This document shows, in pieces, positions 46,628 through 55,116 of a stretch of DNA of 64,000 bases (position 1 is its first letter; every line of letters starts with the position of its first letter). Source of the stretch: a virus (Duplodnaviria; Caudoviricetes); IMG/VR virus record IMGVR_UViG_3300006169_000166, positions 4,590 through 68,589 of that record; one strand, given 5' to 3'. Position numbers and translations under genes: made by a program. The notes under the pieces are model-generated. The model did no database searches. It was not told the DNA's origin and worked only from the letters and a program-made list of their open reading frames with translations.

Positions 46628-47336
46628 CAGTCGCGGAGCCTTTCGATGACCTGGTTGAAGGCCTTGATCCCCTCTTCGCCGCCGACCACGGAAGCGGCGG
46701 CCGCCTGAAGGATCAGACCTTCGTCAGCCAGCCGCTTGTTCTCCCGTTCGATCACCAGTGAGGCCTCGTCGTGCAGTTTTCCCGGGGTGTAGAGACCGGC
46801 GTTCGGATGGCCGTTGGAAAGAAGCAGGCTCCGCTTGCGGCGAAGCCCCCAAAGCCATTGAGTCAGCCCTCCGGCTGGCTCGCCCCGCTCAGCGGTTTTG
46901 CGATGCCGACGAGGATCCTCGCGACGGTCTCGATCACTTTTTTTGGCGGCATCTCCGACGTGAAGGTCAGTTCGGCGATGTTTTCGAGGGCGGCCAGCTG
47001 CACCGGGAACGGGAGCTTGCGGAACACCGCCGCCGCTTCCGCCGCGGGATAGCCGGCGGCAACCGCGATAATGTCCGCGGCCAGGTCCGGCACGGTCGAC
47101 AGCAACGCGCCGCCGATCCAGTTCGTCTGCTCGAGGTCGAGTTCACCGCCGACCTTGGCGATGACATCGTCGAACAGCGCCGTCGCCTGCTCCCAATGCC
47201 GCTGGCAGATGGCGACGATGCCGTCGAGCGGGAGTCCGGACACGCCGAACCCCCGCCCTTCGGCAATCTCGACCTGCCTGCTGACCAGCAGTTGCGCTTC
47301 CAGCACGCTGAGGTCCATGCTGCGGTCGGCGGTCAT
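46627..47336 (-). CDS. Tail assembly chaperone gpGT via -1 frameshift
   Basis: A7 slippery run at 46938-46944 (CCA AAA AAA GTG); -1 frame open to TGA at 46627. Confidence 0.8.
46863..47336 (-). CDS. Tail assembly chaperone gpG
   Basis: Between major tail and TMP genes. Confidence 0.85.
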   Translation of the reverse strand: MTADRSMDLSVLEAQLLVSRQVEIAEGRGFGVSGLPLDGIVAICQRHWEQATALFDDVIAKVGGELDLEQTNWIGGALLSTVPDLAADIIAVAAGYPAAEAAAVFRKLPFPVQLAALENIAELTFTSEMPPKKVIETVARILVGIAKPLSGASQPEG

Positions 47337-47339
47337 GGC

Positions 47340-48122
47340 TTAGGGCGTCCAGCCGCGACCATTGGCAAGGATGGCCGAGCCATTGTTGGGCGTGTTGATC
47401 GAAACCTTGAACGGCATCTTGGCCCAGTCGTTCTCGGTCTTGATCGCGAAGTCGCCGTTCGGCGACAGCTTCACGTCCGGCATGTAATAGTCGATGTTGT
47501 CGCCTTCGGGGTTGTAGGCGATGTAGCGCAGCGCGCCCTCGACCACGGTCGCGCCGGACACCGACTGCTCCTGGTTGTAGGCGTTGCGGTCATATTCGAC
47601 GATCACGTCGTCGCCGTCGGCAATTCCGCCGCCGTCGACGATGGTGATGCGGCCGAGCGCCTCGTCGACGATATAGTCGGTGCCCTCGGTCTGGGCGTCG
47701 ACTCCGACCAGTACTGCGGTGACCGTGATCTGCTGGAGGCCGGCGGGGTGAGCCGCGCTGATTCCGACCTGGTAGGCCAGGCCCTGCTCAACGTCCTCGA
47801 ACGTCTCGGTCTGGTCGGGTGCAGACGTAACCGCGACGACCGCGGTCTCACCGAGCAGCAGCGCGGCCAGGTTCTTCGGGTTGACGTCGTCGGTGGTGAA
47901 GCTGGCGCCGTAATCGGCCTGCACCGGCACTTCGCGGTCCTGCACGCGCATGCCGCGCGCGGAGCTGTAATGCTTCACGGTCTCGCTCGAGATCGAGATG
48001 CTGAGTTCCGGCGAGTTGCCGATGGGGCGTTCGCCCTTCAGCGTGCCGTCGGCGCGGCGCTCCGCGAAGAACAGGTCGCCCCGCCCAATCGTGTAATTCT
48101 TGCGTTCTGCGTTCAGTCCCAT
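47340..48122 (-). CDS. Major tail tube protein
   Basis: NYTIGRGDLFF, GALRYIAYNPEG, LSPNGDF. Confidence 0.85.
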   Translation of the reverse strand: MGLNAERKNYTIGRGDLFFAERRADGTLKGERPIGNSPELSISISSETVKHYSSARGMRVQDREVPVQADYGASFTTDDVNPKNLAALLLGETAVVAVTSAPDQTETFEDVEQGLAYQVGISAAHPAGLQQITVTAVLVGVDAQTEGTDYIVDEALGRITIVDGGGIADGDDVIVEYDRNAYNQEQSVSGATVVEGALRYIAYNPEGDNIDYYMPDVKLSPNGDFAIKTENDWAKMPFKVSINTPNNGSAILANGRGWTP

Positions 48123-48167
48123 CGGTCAACCTCCATCGGGTTCAATCACTAATAACGTGACTCTGTA

Positions 48168-48719
48168 TTAAAATAAAAATGCGCTCGCCGCATCCTCCAC
48201 CAGACACATCCGGAGCGGCAGCCAGAAATAGGATGTGACGGAGATTTCATCGGCGGGCCGGATCACCGGAGCGCCGATGTGGAGTTCGCGGATCATCGGC
48301 TTCTTGTCGCCGAAGCCCAATATGTCGCGCTTGTTCAGCGTCTCGGCGAACAGCACCGCCGACACGTCTGCGGCGAGGAAATAGGCCGGGTCGGTCGGAT
48401 GGACGGGGTCGTCCTTGATGAAGCCCTGGATGAGCAGGTCCCAGTCGCCGGGCTTCGCATCGCTCTGCTCGGGAACGGCGTCGCGCTCCATCTGCTTGGG
48501 ATCCTCGATGATCGACAGCATCGGCAGCGGATCGCTCTTGCCGTAGGCGCCGCGACCGCGCAGCACCTTGCCCTCGGGGAAGTCGCCATCGGGGGCGAGC
48601 GAATAGCTATATTGCGGAAGCGCGTCCGCAGTGGTGCGCGTGATCGTCCGCAGCCGCTCGGTCATGCGATGCAGGATCTGCAGGCGGAACGGAAGCGCGT
48701 CGAACGGTATGTCAGCCAT
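48168..48719 (-). CDS. Tail terminator-like protein
   Basis: Position; VLRGR, DDPVHPTDPAY. Confidence 0.7.
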   Translation of the reverse strand: MADIPFDALPFRLQILHRMTERLRTITRTTADALPQYSYSLAPDGDFPEGKVLRGRGAYGKSDPLPMLSIIEDPKQMERDAVPEQSDAKPGDWDLLIQGFIKDDPVHPTDPAYFLAADVSAVLFAETLNKRDILGFGDKKPMIRELHIGAPVIRPADEISVTSYFWLPLRMCLVEDAASAFLF

Positions 48720-49311
48720 TGCCGAAGCCCATCAGCCGGAGGAACTCGGTTTCGAGGAAGGCGAGGCTCTGCGGCGAGATTTCCTCGGCGACGTCGTCGA
48801 ACACCTGATCCACCGATGGCCCGTAGAGAAGCCAGAGATTCTCGCCCAGTTTCTGCGGCTTGTAGGCGCGGTCGGGCACCTGCCCCTCCGGCAGCCGGAT
48901 CGCGAGGCCGAGGTTGTTCCTGGTGTCGGTATTGCCCGAGCGAAGGTTGACGAAGAAGGCCCCGTCGAGCCTTCTGGCAAGGCCGGGCTGAACCGACACG
49001 ACCGGGCGGACTCCACGGCCTCGGCGGGCATTGCGCGCGAAGGTCGCGAGCGAGGTCGGGCGATGGCGCCCGGTGATGATGCCCTCGAAATCCCTGCCCT
49101 GCGCCTTCTTGGTGATCTTCAGCCGGCCGTTCTGGCCGGACAGATAATTGGCCGGGAAGTTCACCTGCTCGCGGATGCGCCGGCCCGCCGCCGTGCGCGA
49201 ACGCTCGAGCGTGCGGTTGATCGCGCGCACCGCATTGCGGGCCATTTCGGCCGACGGGTCGGCGGGGAAGTCGAGCATCCCCTTGACGAAGATCGCGTAG
49301 GGCGCAGTCAT
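48712..49311 (-). CDS. Tail completion/neck protein
   Basis: RAINRT, LLYGPSVDQVF. Confidence 0.75.
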   Translation of the reverse strand: MTAPYAIFVKGMLDFPADPSAEMARNAVRAINRTLERSRTAAGRRIREQVNFPANYLSGQNGRLKITKKAQGRDFEGIITGRHRPTSLATFARNARRGRGVRPVVSVQPGLARRLDGAFFVNLRSGNTDTRNNLGLAIRLPEGQVPDRAYKPQKLGENLWLLYGPSVDQVFDDVAEEISPQSLAFLETEFLRLMGFGNG

Positions 49312-49682
49312 GCGCAGCTGCTCGGAAGCGGGAGGCCTTCCGCTTCGTCCGCGTCGAGCCTGACCACGCGGACGTCGACGGTCTCGCCATCGTGCGGGAA
49401 GGATTCGCCGAGCCGGTAAGCCTCGCCCTCGGCCACGGAAATGATCGCGTTGCGCCTCGGCTGCGGGATCTCGTCGCGCCAGAAGCGGATTCGCGTGGAA
49501 ACGTCGAGCATCTCGACCGTGTCGAGTCCGGGGATGTCGCCGGTCCTGCTCGTCTTGTCGTGGACCCGCACCTGGAGGGTCAGGGGGTCGTCGGTTCCAT
49601 AGATATAGAGCGCGGGAACCGACATCTCGCGATGCAGGTTCCCGCGCGATTGCAGCCGAATCTGTTGCAGCCGGCTGCGCAT
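49308..49682 (-). CDS. Head-tail joining protein
   Basis: Position; R..LHREMSVPALY. Confidence 0.7.
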   Translation of the reverse strand: MRSRLQQIRLQSRGNLHREMSVPALYIYGTDDPLTLQVRVHDKTSRTGDIPGLDTVEMLDVSTRIRFWRDEIPQPRRNAIISVAEGEAYRLGESFPHDGETVDVRVVRLDADEAEGLPLPSSCA

Positions 49683-49684
49683 GG

Positions 49685-50134
49685 TCAGCCGATCGCCGCC
49701 TCGGCGTCGTCCGCCGGGGTTTCAGCGGAGCCTTCGCCCTCGGAGCCTTCGCCCTCGGAGCCTTCGCCCTCGCCGGAGCCTTCGACCTCGGCGCCTTCGC
49801 CCTCGGAGCCTTCGCCCTCGGAGCCTTCGCCTTCGGTCACAGTCGGCGCTGCCGGGGCTTCCGAGGTCTCGGCTTTCGCCTTACGGCGACCCGGCTTCGA
49901 TCCGCCCGCTTTGCCGTCACCGTCATGGTCGAGCTGCGGCTTGTCGGTCTTGCGGCCGCGGTTCATATCCTCGAACAGATTGCGCTCGGCATCGGTCAAT
50001 TCCCGCACCGCGCCCAATGCGAATAGTTCCTTCCGCTCGGCTTCCGTCGCGGGGACGAAGATCGACTTGGCGGGATGCTTGTTGCCGTTGATTTTGCAGA
50101 GGGCCACGACCGGCCCGACCTGATTGTTGCTCAT
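49685..50134 (-). CDS. Head-tail region protein with acidic EGEGS repeat tail
   Basis: DHDGDGKAGGS motif; 15-bp repeats. Confidence 0.7.
   Translation of the reverse strand: MSNNQVGPVVALCKINGNKHPAKSIFVPATEAERKELFALGAVRELTDAERNLFEDMNRGRKTDKPQLDHDGDGKAGGSKPGRRKAKAETSEAPAAPTVTEGEGSEGEGSEGEGAEVEGSGEGEGSEGEGSEGEGSAETPADDAEAAIG
49727..49834. repeat. 15-bp tandem repeat GGAGCCTTCGCCCTC (7 copies, some imperfect)
   Basis: Read directly. Confidence 0.85.
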
Positions 50135-50223
50135 TTTGCACCTCTCGACTTGTGGGACAGCCCGGCCAGTCCATCACCTGTTTAGTGACTCGCTGGCCGG
50201 GTGTTCCGGTTGAAGCTGTGGGC

Positions 50224-51318
50224 TTAGACGGCCGTCAGCTTGTAGGTGGCGTTCGGATTGATCGGCACCGGCAGCGGCGCGGATTCGAACGACAGATGCT
50301 CGACCTTGACGCGATCGCCCTTCAGATAGTTCTTCGGGAAGATCGGAACCGCCTGATATTCGGCGTCGCGGTCGACGATCATGCCGAAGCATTCGAAGCC
50401 GTTGATGGTCTCGGGAGTGCCGAGGAACGCCATGTCGGACGCGCCGAGGTAGCGGGTCTGCGTGCCGTTGTCGGCTTCGTAGGTCTCGTTGTTGACCCAC
50501 AGCTCGACCTTCTGGCCGGTCGCGCCGCCGATGGTGATGTCGCCGACCTTGTAGCGCTTCGACCCGTCGCCCGCGAGCGCGATGCCGCGCTCCAGGGTGA
50601 CACCGCCGACCGGGCGGTACTTGTCGAGGTTGTCGAGGATCTCGGCGTCCTTGCGGAGGACGGCCCAGACTCCGCTGCCCATTTCGACCTGCACGGGAAG
50701 CCCGCCGAACTCGGCGTCGTTCATCGTGTCGAAGATCTCCTGGAACTTGTCCATCGCCGACACGCCCGTCTGGCCGAAGCGGTCGCCGCCGGTCAGCACT
50801 TCGGTGTGATCGGCAGAGCGCTCGAAATCGACTTCGACCGAAGTCCCGTCGAGATAATCGCAGACGATCACGGCGTCGATCAGGGCGCGCGCCTTCATCC
50901 ACTCCCAGCGGCGCTCGATCGCGTCGAGGGCATCGGTGGTCATCGCGACCTTGATGAGGTCGAGGCGCTGCATCGGGGTCAGCCGGTTCGGCTCGAACAT
51001 CGACTGGTCGATACCCGGCTGATAGGTCAGCGGACGCAGCGGATCGACCGCTTCGTCGATGACCAGGTTGGCCGGCTTGAAGCGATAGGCGCGGGCCTTG
51101 TCGCTGTAGATGCCCTTGCCCTGGCCCATCGGGCGGACGAACGGCGCGAGGCGGCGGCCCTTGATGGGCAGCTTCTCGAAGTCGATATATTCTTCCGTCG
51201 AGCGGAACTGGCTGCGGAAGAAGCGGCTGAACGGCCGCGGCTCCGGACGAACCTCGCGCATGACGCCGAGCGAGCGGCGCTGGTCCCAGAGGTTATAGGC
51301 GGTGACAGGAGAAGTCAT
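50224..51318 (-). CDS. Major capsid protein (lambda gpE family)
   Basis: RRLAPFVRP, AIERRWEWM, FESAPLPVP; follows the decoration gene. Confidence 0.92.
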   Translation of the reverse strand: MTSPVTAYNLWDQRRSLGVMREVRPEPRPFSRFFRSQFRSTEEYIDFEKLPIKGRRLAPFVRPMGQGKGIYSDKARAYRFKPANLVIDEAVDPLRPLTYQPGIDQSMFEPNRLTPMQRLDLIKVAMTTDALDAIERRWEWMKARALIDAVIVCDYLDGTSVEVDFERSADHTEVLTGGDRFGQTGVSAMDKFQEIFDTMNDAEFGGLPVQVEMGSGVWAVLRKDAEILDNLDKYRPVGGVTLERGIALAGDGSKRYKVGDITIGGATGQKVELWVNNETYEADNGTQTRYLGASDMAFLGTPETINGFECFGMIVDRDAEYQAVPIFPKNYLKGDRVKVEHLSFESAPLPVPINPNATYKLTAV

Positions 51319-51340
51319 CGTAATGCTACCTTTCTAGCCG

Positions 51341-51796
51341 TTAAGCGGCGGGCGAACCCGACGCCAGTCGGGCGCGGAAGATGAGATTGGGGTTGCCGAC
51401 GACCGATCCGGCCTTCTTCGCAACCGTGTCGAACGAAGCGTCCCACACCAGCGGGCTGTCGGCGCCGCAGTTGTAGTTGCCGGTGAGGACGACCTCGCCG
51501 TGGATCGTCGCATTGGCCGCGCCGCTGGTCGCCGCATGGAGGAGGACGCCAATCGGCTTGATCGCCAGGTCGGGGTCCGCGTTATATTCGGCGAGGACGA
51601 GGTTGTCGTCCGCGTCGAGACCGACGACACTGAACTGCGCGAGGACGATGCTGTCCGCGAGCAGGATGCGGACCGGCGCCGACATGCCCGGCTCGCTGCC
51701 GGCCAGAAGGTTGGTCTGGGTCAGCGTGTCGAGCGCCTCGAACGAAGGAAGGCCGCGCTTGTCGGCGTTCAGGTAGGAAACGGGGATGTCCGTCAT
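51341..51796 (-). CDS. Head decoration protein
   Basis: Between protease and capsid genes. Confidence 0.8.
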   Translation of the reverse strand: MTDIPVSYLNADKRGLPSFEALDTLTQTNLLAGSEPGMSAPVRILLADSIVLAQFSVVGLDADDNLVLAEYNADPDLAIKPIGVLLHAATSGAANATIHGEVVLTGNYNCGADSPLVWDASFDTVAKKAGSVVGNPNLIFRARLASGSPAA

Positions 51797-51808
51797 TTCA
51801 GCTGCTCC

Positions 51809-53113
51809 TTACTTGGCTGCCGGGCGAACGCCGGCGAGGCCGACTACGCGGGCAAGGGCGATCGGGTCGGAAGCGTCGGCCTCCGTCTCGGCTCCGGTTT
51901 CGGCGCCGACGTCGGGGTTGCTGCCCTCCATCGACTGTTCGAACGGCGTCTTGCCGCCCTCGGCTTCCGCCTTGTTGGACTTGCCGAGGATCGCGACGGC
52001 CGCGTCGGCGGCGGTGTCGGTCTCGAGCGCGAGGTGGCTGGCGAGGTCGCCGCGGCCCTGCGCTTCGTCGCTGCCGAGGATCGCGGCGATGCGCTGACGC
52101 TCCTCGGTGCGTGCGGTCGCAACGGCGGTCGCCGCTGCCGTCTGTTCTTCCTGCCGGGCGGTTGCCACGGCAGCATCGATCGCGGCCTGGTTGTCGGCCG
52201 ACGTGTCCTTGTTGGACATTTCTTCGTCTCCTGAAGTTTCGGACAAATCGGCCGCGAATGCGGCCAGGGCATCGTCGAGCTCGCCGATCAGGTCGGCCAG
52301 TCCGTTCGATGTTGCTTCGCTGGCGGTGAAGGTCAGAGCCTCCGTGTCCCGCACAGCCTGTTCGTCGAGGCCGCGGTTGCGCGCGACCGTCGAGACGAAG
52401 ATTCCGTAAAGTTCGTCGATGCGCGTCTGGATGCGCGCCTTCACATCGGGGCTGAGCGGCTCGTAGGCGTTGCCGTCGACCTTGTGCTTGCCGGCGTGGA
52501 TGAACGTGATCTTGACGCCATATTCCTCGAGCGCCTTCGACATATCGACATGCGTCGTGACGACGCCGATGGAGCCGACTCCGCCGGTGCGGGCGACGAT
52601 GCCCTGCTCGGCGACGGAGAAGATCGCATAAGCTGCGGAATAAGCATGCTCCGCCGCGAAGGCGCGCACCGGCTTTTCGCTCCGGCGCGAGAACATCTCG
52701 TCGACCAGTGCGAAGCAACCCGACACCATTCCGCCCGGGCTGTTGATGACCAGGGCGATGCCCTTGACGTTGCTGTCGTCCATGCCGCGGCGGAAGGCCT
52801 GCGACAGATATTCGTAGCCCGTCGCATAGCCGAAGAACTGGTAGGGGAAGTCGTGCAGCAGCACGCCGCGCACGGGGATGTGCAGGATCCCGTCGACCAC
52901 GTTGTACGGGCGCAGGATCTTGGAGCCGCGCTCGCCCAGTTCGGTCCAGAAGTCGCCGTCGCCCGCCCGCTCGCCGCCCTCGACTTCGGAGAGCATCGGG
53001 TGCACGGCGGCCGCGTCGAGCAACGCCTGGAACTGGCCCTCGGTGCCGGGGGCAAGCAGCGCGGGTTCGTTCGCGAAGCGCGCGATCAGCGGGTTGCGGT
53101 TGATGCCGGTCAT
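51809..53113 (-). CDS. S49 head maturation protease/scaffold
   Basis: INSPGG, AYSAAY, GVGSIGV, AGKHK; Ala-rich C-terminus. Confidence 0.92.
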   Translation of the reverse strand: MTGINRNPLIARFANEPALLAPGTEGQFQALLDAAAVHPMLSEVEGGERAGDGDFWTELGERGSKILRPYNVVDGILHIPVRGVLLHDFPYQFFGYATGYEYLSQAFRRGMDDSNVKGIALVINSPGGMVSGCFALVDEMFSRRSEKPVRAFAAEHAYSAAYAIFSVAEQGIVARTGGVGSIGVVTTHVDMSKALEEYGVKITFIHAGKHKVDGNAYEPLSPDVKARIQTRIDELYGIFVSTVARNRGLDEQAVRDTEALTFTASEATSNGLADLIGELDDALAAFAADLSETSGDEEMSNKDTSADNQAAIDAAVATARQEEQTAAATAVATARTEERQRIAAILGSDEAQGRGDLASHLALETDTAADAAVAILGKSNKAEAEGGKTPFEQSMEGSNPDVGAETGAETEADASDPIALARVVGLAGVRPAAK

Positions 53114-54831
53114 GCCGCCTTCTTCTCCTGCTTGTCCTGCTTGTCCTCGTCGCCCGCGTCGTTCTGAGCGCCGGCTGCCTGGGCGGTTTTCGATGTGAAG
53201 CTGATGCCGAGTTGCTCGCGCAGCGCCTTTTCCCGCTTCAACTGACGGAACACCTTGCGGAAATCCTTGCCGAGCCGGGCCAGTTCGTCCTCGTGCGTCG
53301 ACAGGCCGGATTCGATGCGGGCGATCGCCGCCTGCGTTTCCTTGAGCTCGTCGATCTGGCCGCGAGACGCGCCGATCCAGTCGCAGCGCGACAGCGCATC
53401 GAACGCGAGGTTCAGCCGCCCGTTGGTGTAGAGCAGGCCCGCCTTCTTCTTGGGGAAGGTGGTCAGCAGGTTCTTGTTGACCGCTTCCTCGAGCCACAGG
53501 CGGAAGATGATCGTCGCGAACCGGTCGGCGATCAGTTTCTTGCGCGCCTGCATGAACTTCCAGGTCTCGGTCATCGCCGCGCGCGCCGAGCTGTAGTTGG
53601 TGCTGGTGTAATCGCGGCTCAGCTGCTCGTAGGAAACGCCGAGGGTGGCCGCGATGTAGCGCAGGATCGACTGCTCGAACGCGGTGCCGAGCGAGGTGTT
53701 CGCGCCCGGTGAAATGAGGTCGAGCTTGGTGCCCGGGTAAAGGTGCGGAATCCGCACGCCGTCGATGGTCAGGCCCTTCGACTTGCCCGCATATTGGGCG
53801 ATGGCGCCCATGTAGCCGGTCGCGAAATTGGTGACGACCTTCTCGACCTGCTCGGGCGCCATTTCGCCGCCGCCGAGTTGCTGGAACAGGGTGTCGGTCG
53901 GCATGTCCGAGGTGATCGCCGCCGCGTAGAGCGACTGCGTGACCATGTGCTGGAGGCTGATGTCGCGCAGGGAATGGCCCATGCGCATTTCCTTGAGCGC
54001 GGCAGCCATTTCCGGGATTCCGCGGGTCTGCTCCGGACGCACCTGCTCCTTGAGGTGGATGACCTGCAGCCGGCCCCACGGCTTGCGGATCGGGACTTCC
54101 TTCCACTCGGGAAGCCCGACCAGCCAGCCCACGTCGCTCGGGTGCTGGGTCCGGATCTGGTAGGAGATGGGCGCGCCTCGCCGGTTCCTGCGGACGCCGG
54201 CCCTGACGCTCTGGTCGAGGTTGGCGAACGGCGCGGTCGACAGGCGGTCGAGGTCGACCATCTGGATGCAAGTGCTGAAGTCGCTGGCATTCTCGACGTC
54301 CCACTCGGCAGTCGACAGCACTTCGCCCGCCGCCAGGTGGATTCCCACCGCCATCCGCACGAGCTGGGTGAGATTGTTGGTGCGCGCCGCGTCGACCCAG
54401 TTGTCCGGGGACTCGGCGAACAGTTCGAACAGTTCCTCGGCTTCCGCCTGGAACTCCTCTTCCCAGACATCGTCCTCCTTGCCGAACAGGCGCGCCGTCG
54501 CCGGCCGCACGTTCAGCAGGAACTGCGCGCCGACGATATTGTCCTTGTGCAGGTTCGCGCCGCCCTGAATGTAGGCGTCGTTGCGCAGCATGTCGCGCGT
54601 GCGCAGGTCGATGGTCTGCTTGTCGGGAAGCAGGTCGGCGTCCGCCGAGCGCATCACCGGACCCCATAGCGCGAAGCCCTGGTCGTAGCGGTCGGCGCCC
54701 TCGAACGCGCCCATCGCTTTATCGCCGCCCGCGCTCGGGAGGGGTGCGACCGAGGCGGGCGGCGCTGCCGCGGGCAGGGCGGTGGCGGGGGTGCCGATCA
54801 GCGCGTCGATGTCGAACTGCGGCTCGCTCAC
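53110..54831 (-). CDS. Portal protein (lambda gpB family)
   Basis: RDMLRNDAY, RPEQTRG, NYSSARA, IDELKE. Confidence 0.93.
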   Translation of the reverse strand: MSEPQFDIDALIGTPATALPAAAPPASVAPLPSAGGDKAMGAFEGADRYDQGFALWGPVMRSADADLLPDKQTIDLRTRDMLRNDAYIQGGANLHKDNIVGAQFLLNVRPATARLFGKEDDVWEEEFQAEAEELFELFAESPDNWVDAARTNNLTQLVRMAVGIHLAAGEVLSTAEWDVENASDFSTCIQMVDLDRLSTAPFANLDQSVRAGVRRNRRGAPISYQIRTQHPSDVGWLVGLPEWKEVPIRKPWGRLQVIHLKEQVRPEQTRGIPEMAAALKEMRMGHSLRDISLQHMVTQSLYAAAITSDMPTDTLFQQLGGGEMAPEQVEKVVTNFATGYMGAIAQYAGKSKGLTIDGVRIPHLYPGTKLDLISPGANTSLGTAFEQSILRYIAATLGVSYEQLSRDYTSTNYSSARAAMTETWKFMQARKKLIADRFATIIFRLWLEEAVNKNLLTTFPKKKAGLLYTNGRLNLAFDALSRCDWIGASRGQIDELKETQAAIARIESGLSTHEDELARLGKDFRKVFRQLKREKALREQLGISFTSKTAQAAGAQNDAGDEDKQDKQEKKAA

Positions 54832-55037
54832 CGGAACATCGGCCTCATCGGGCCGACACAGCCGGTGCCGAGCTGACGGCGGAGGTCGGCGATATAAGCG
54901 CCGAGACGGCGAAGGCCCTCGACGCTATATTCGACTTCCTCGCCGTTGGAATCGCGATAGCGGCGGGCAACCTTGCCCACCTGCCAATCGTGATAAACCT
55001 GCTCGGCTTCGTCGAGTTTTTCCTGAAGCGTCGCCAT
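54828..55037 (-). CDS. gpW-like head completion protein
   Basis: LDEAEQVYH...G, EVEYS, L.AYIADL. Confidence 0.85.
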   Translation of the reverse strand: MATLQEKLDEAEQVYHDWQVGKVARRYRDSNGEEVEYSVEGLRRLGAYIADLRRQLGTGCVGPMRPMFR

Positions 55038-55116
55038 CCCTCGCCCGGTTCCCGTGAGTGGGTTCACAAGGATATGTCACGAGTCGGATTGCGTAATCAA
55101 TAATCGCGTGACTCGG

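Noticed and set aside
51809-54667. 952-aa portal-overlapping S49 ORF and 995-aa Dit ORF (40122-43109)
   Set aside because: 5' extensions are open-frame artefacts; real starts at 53113 and 42605 overlap the upstream stops
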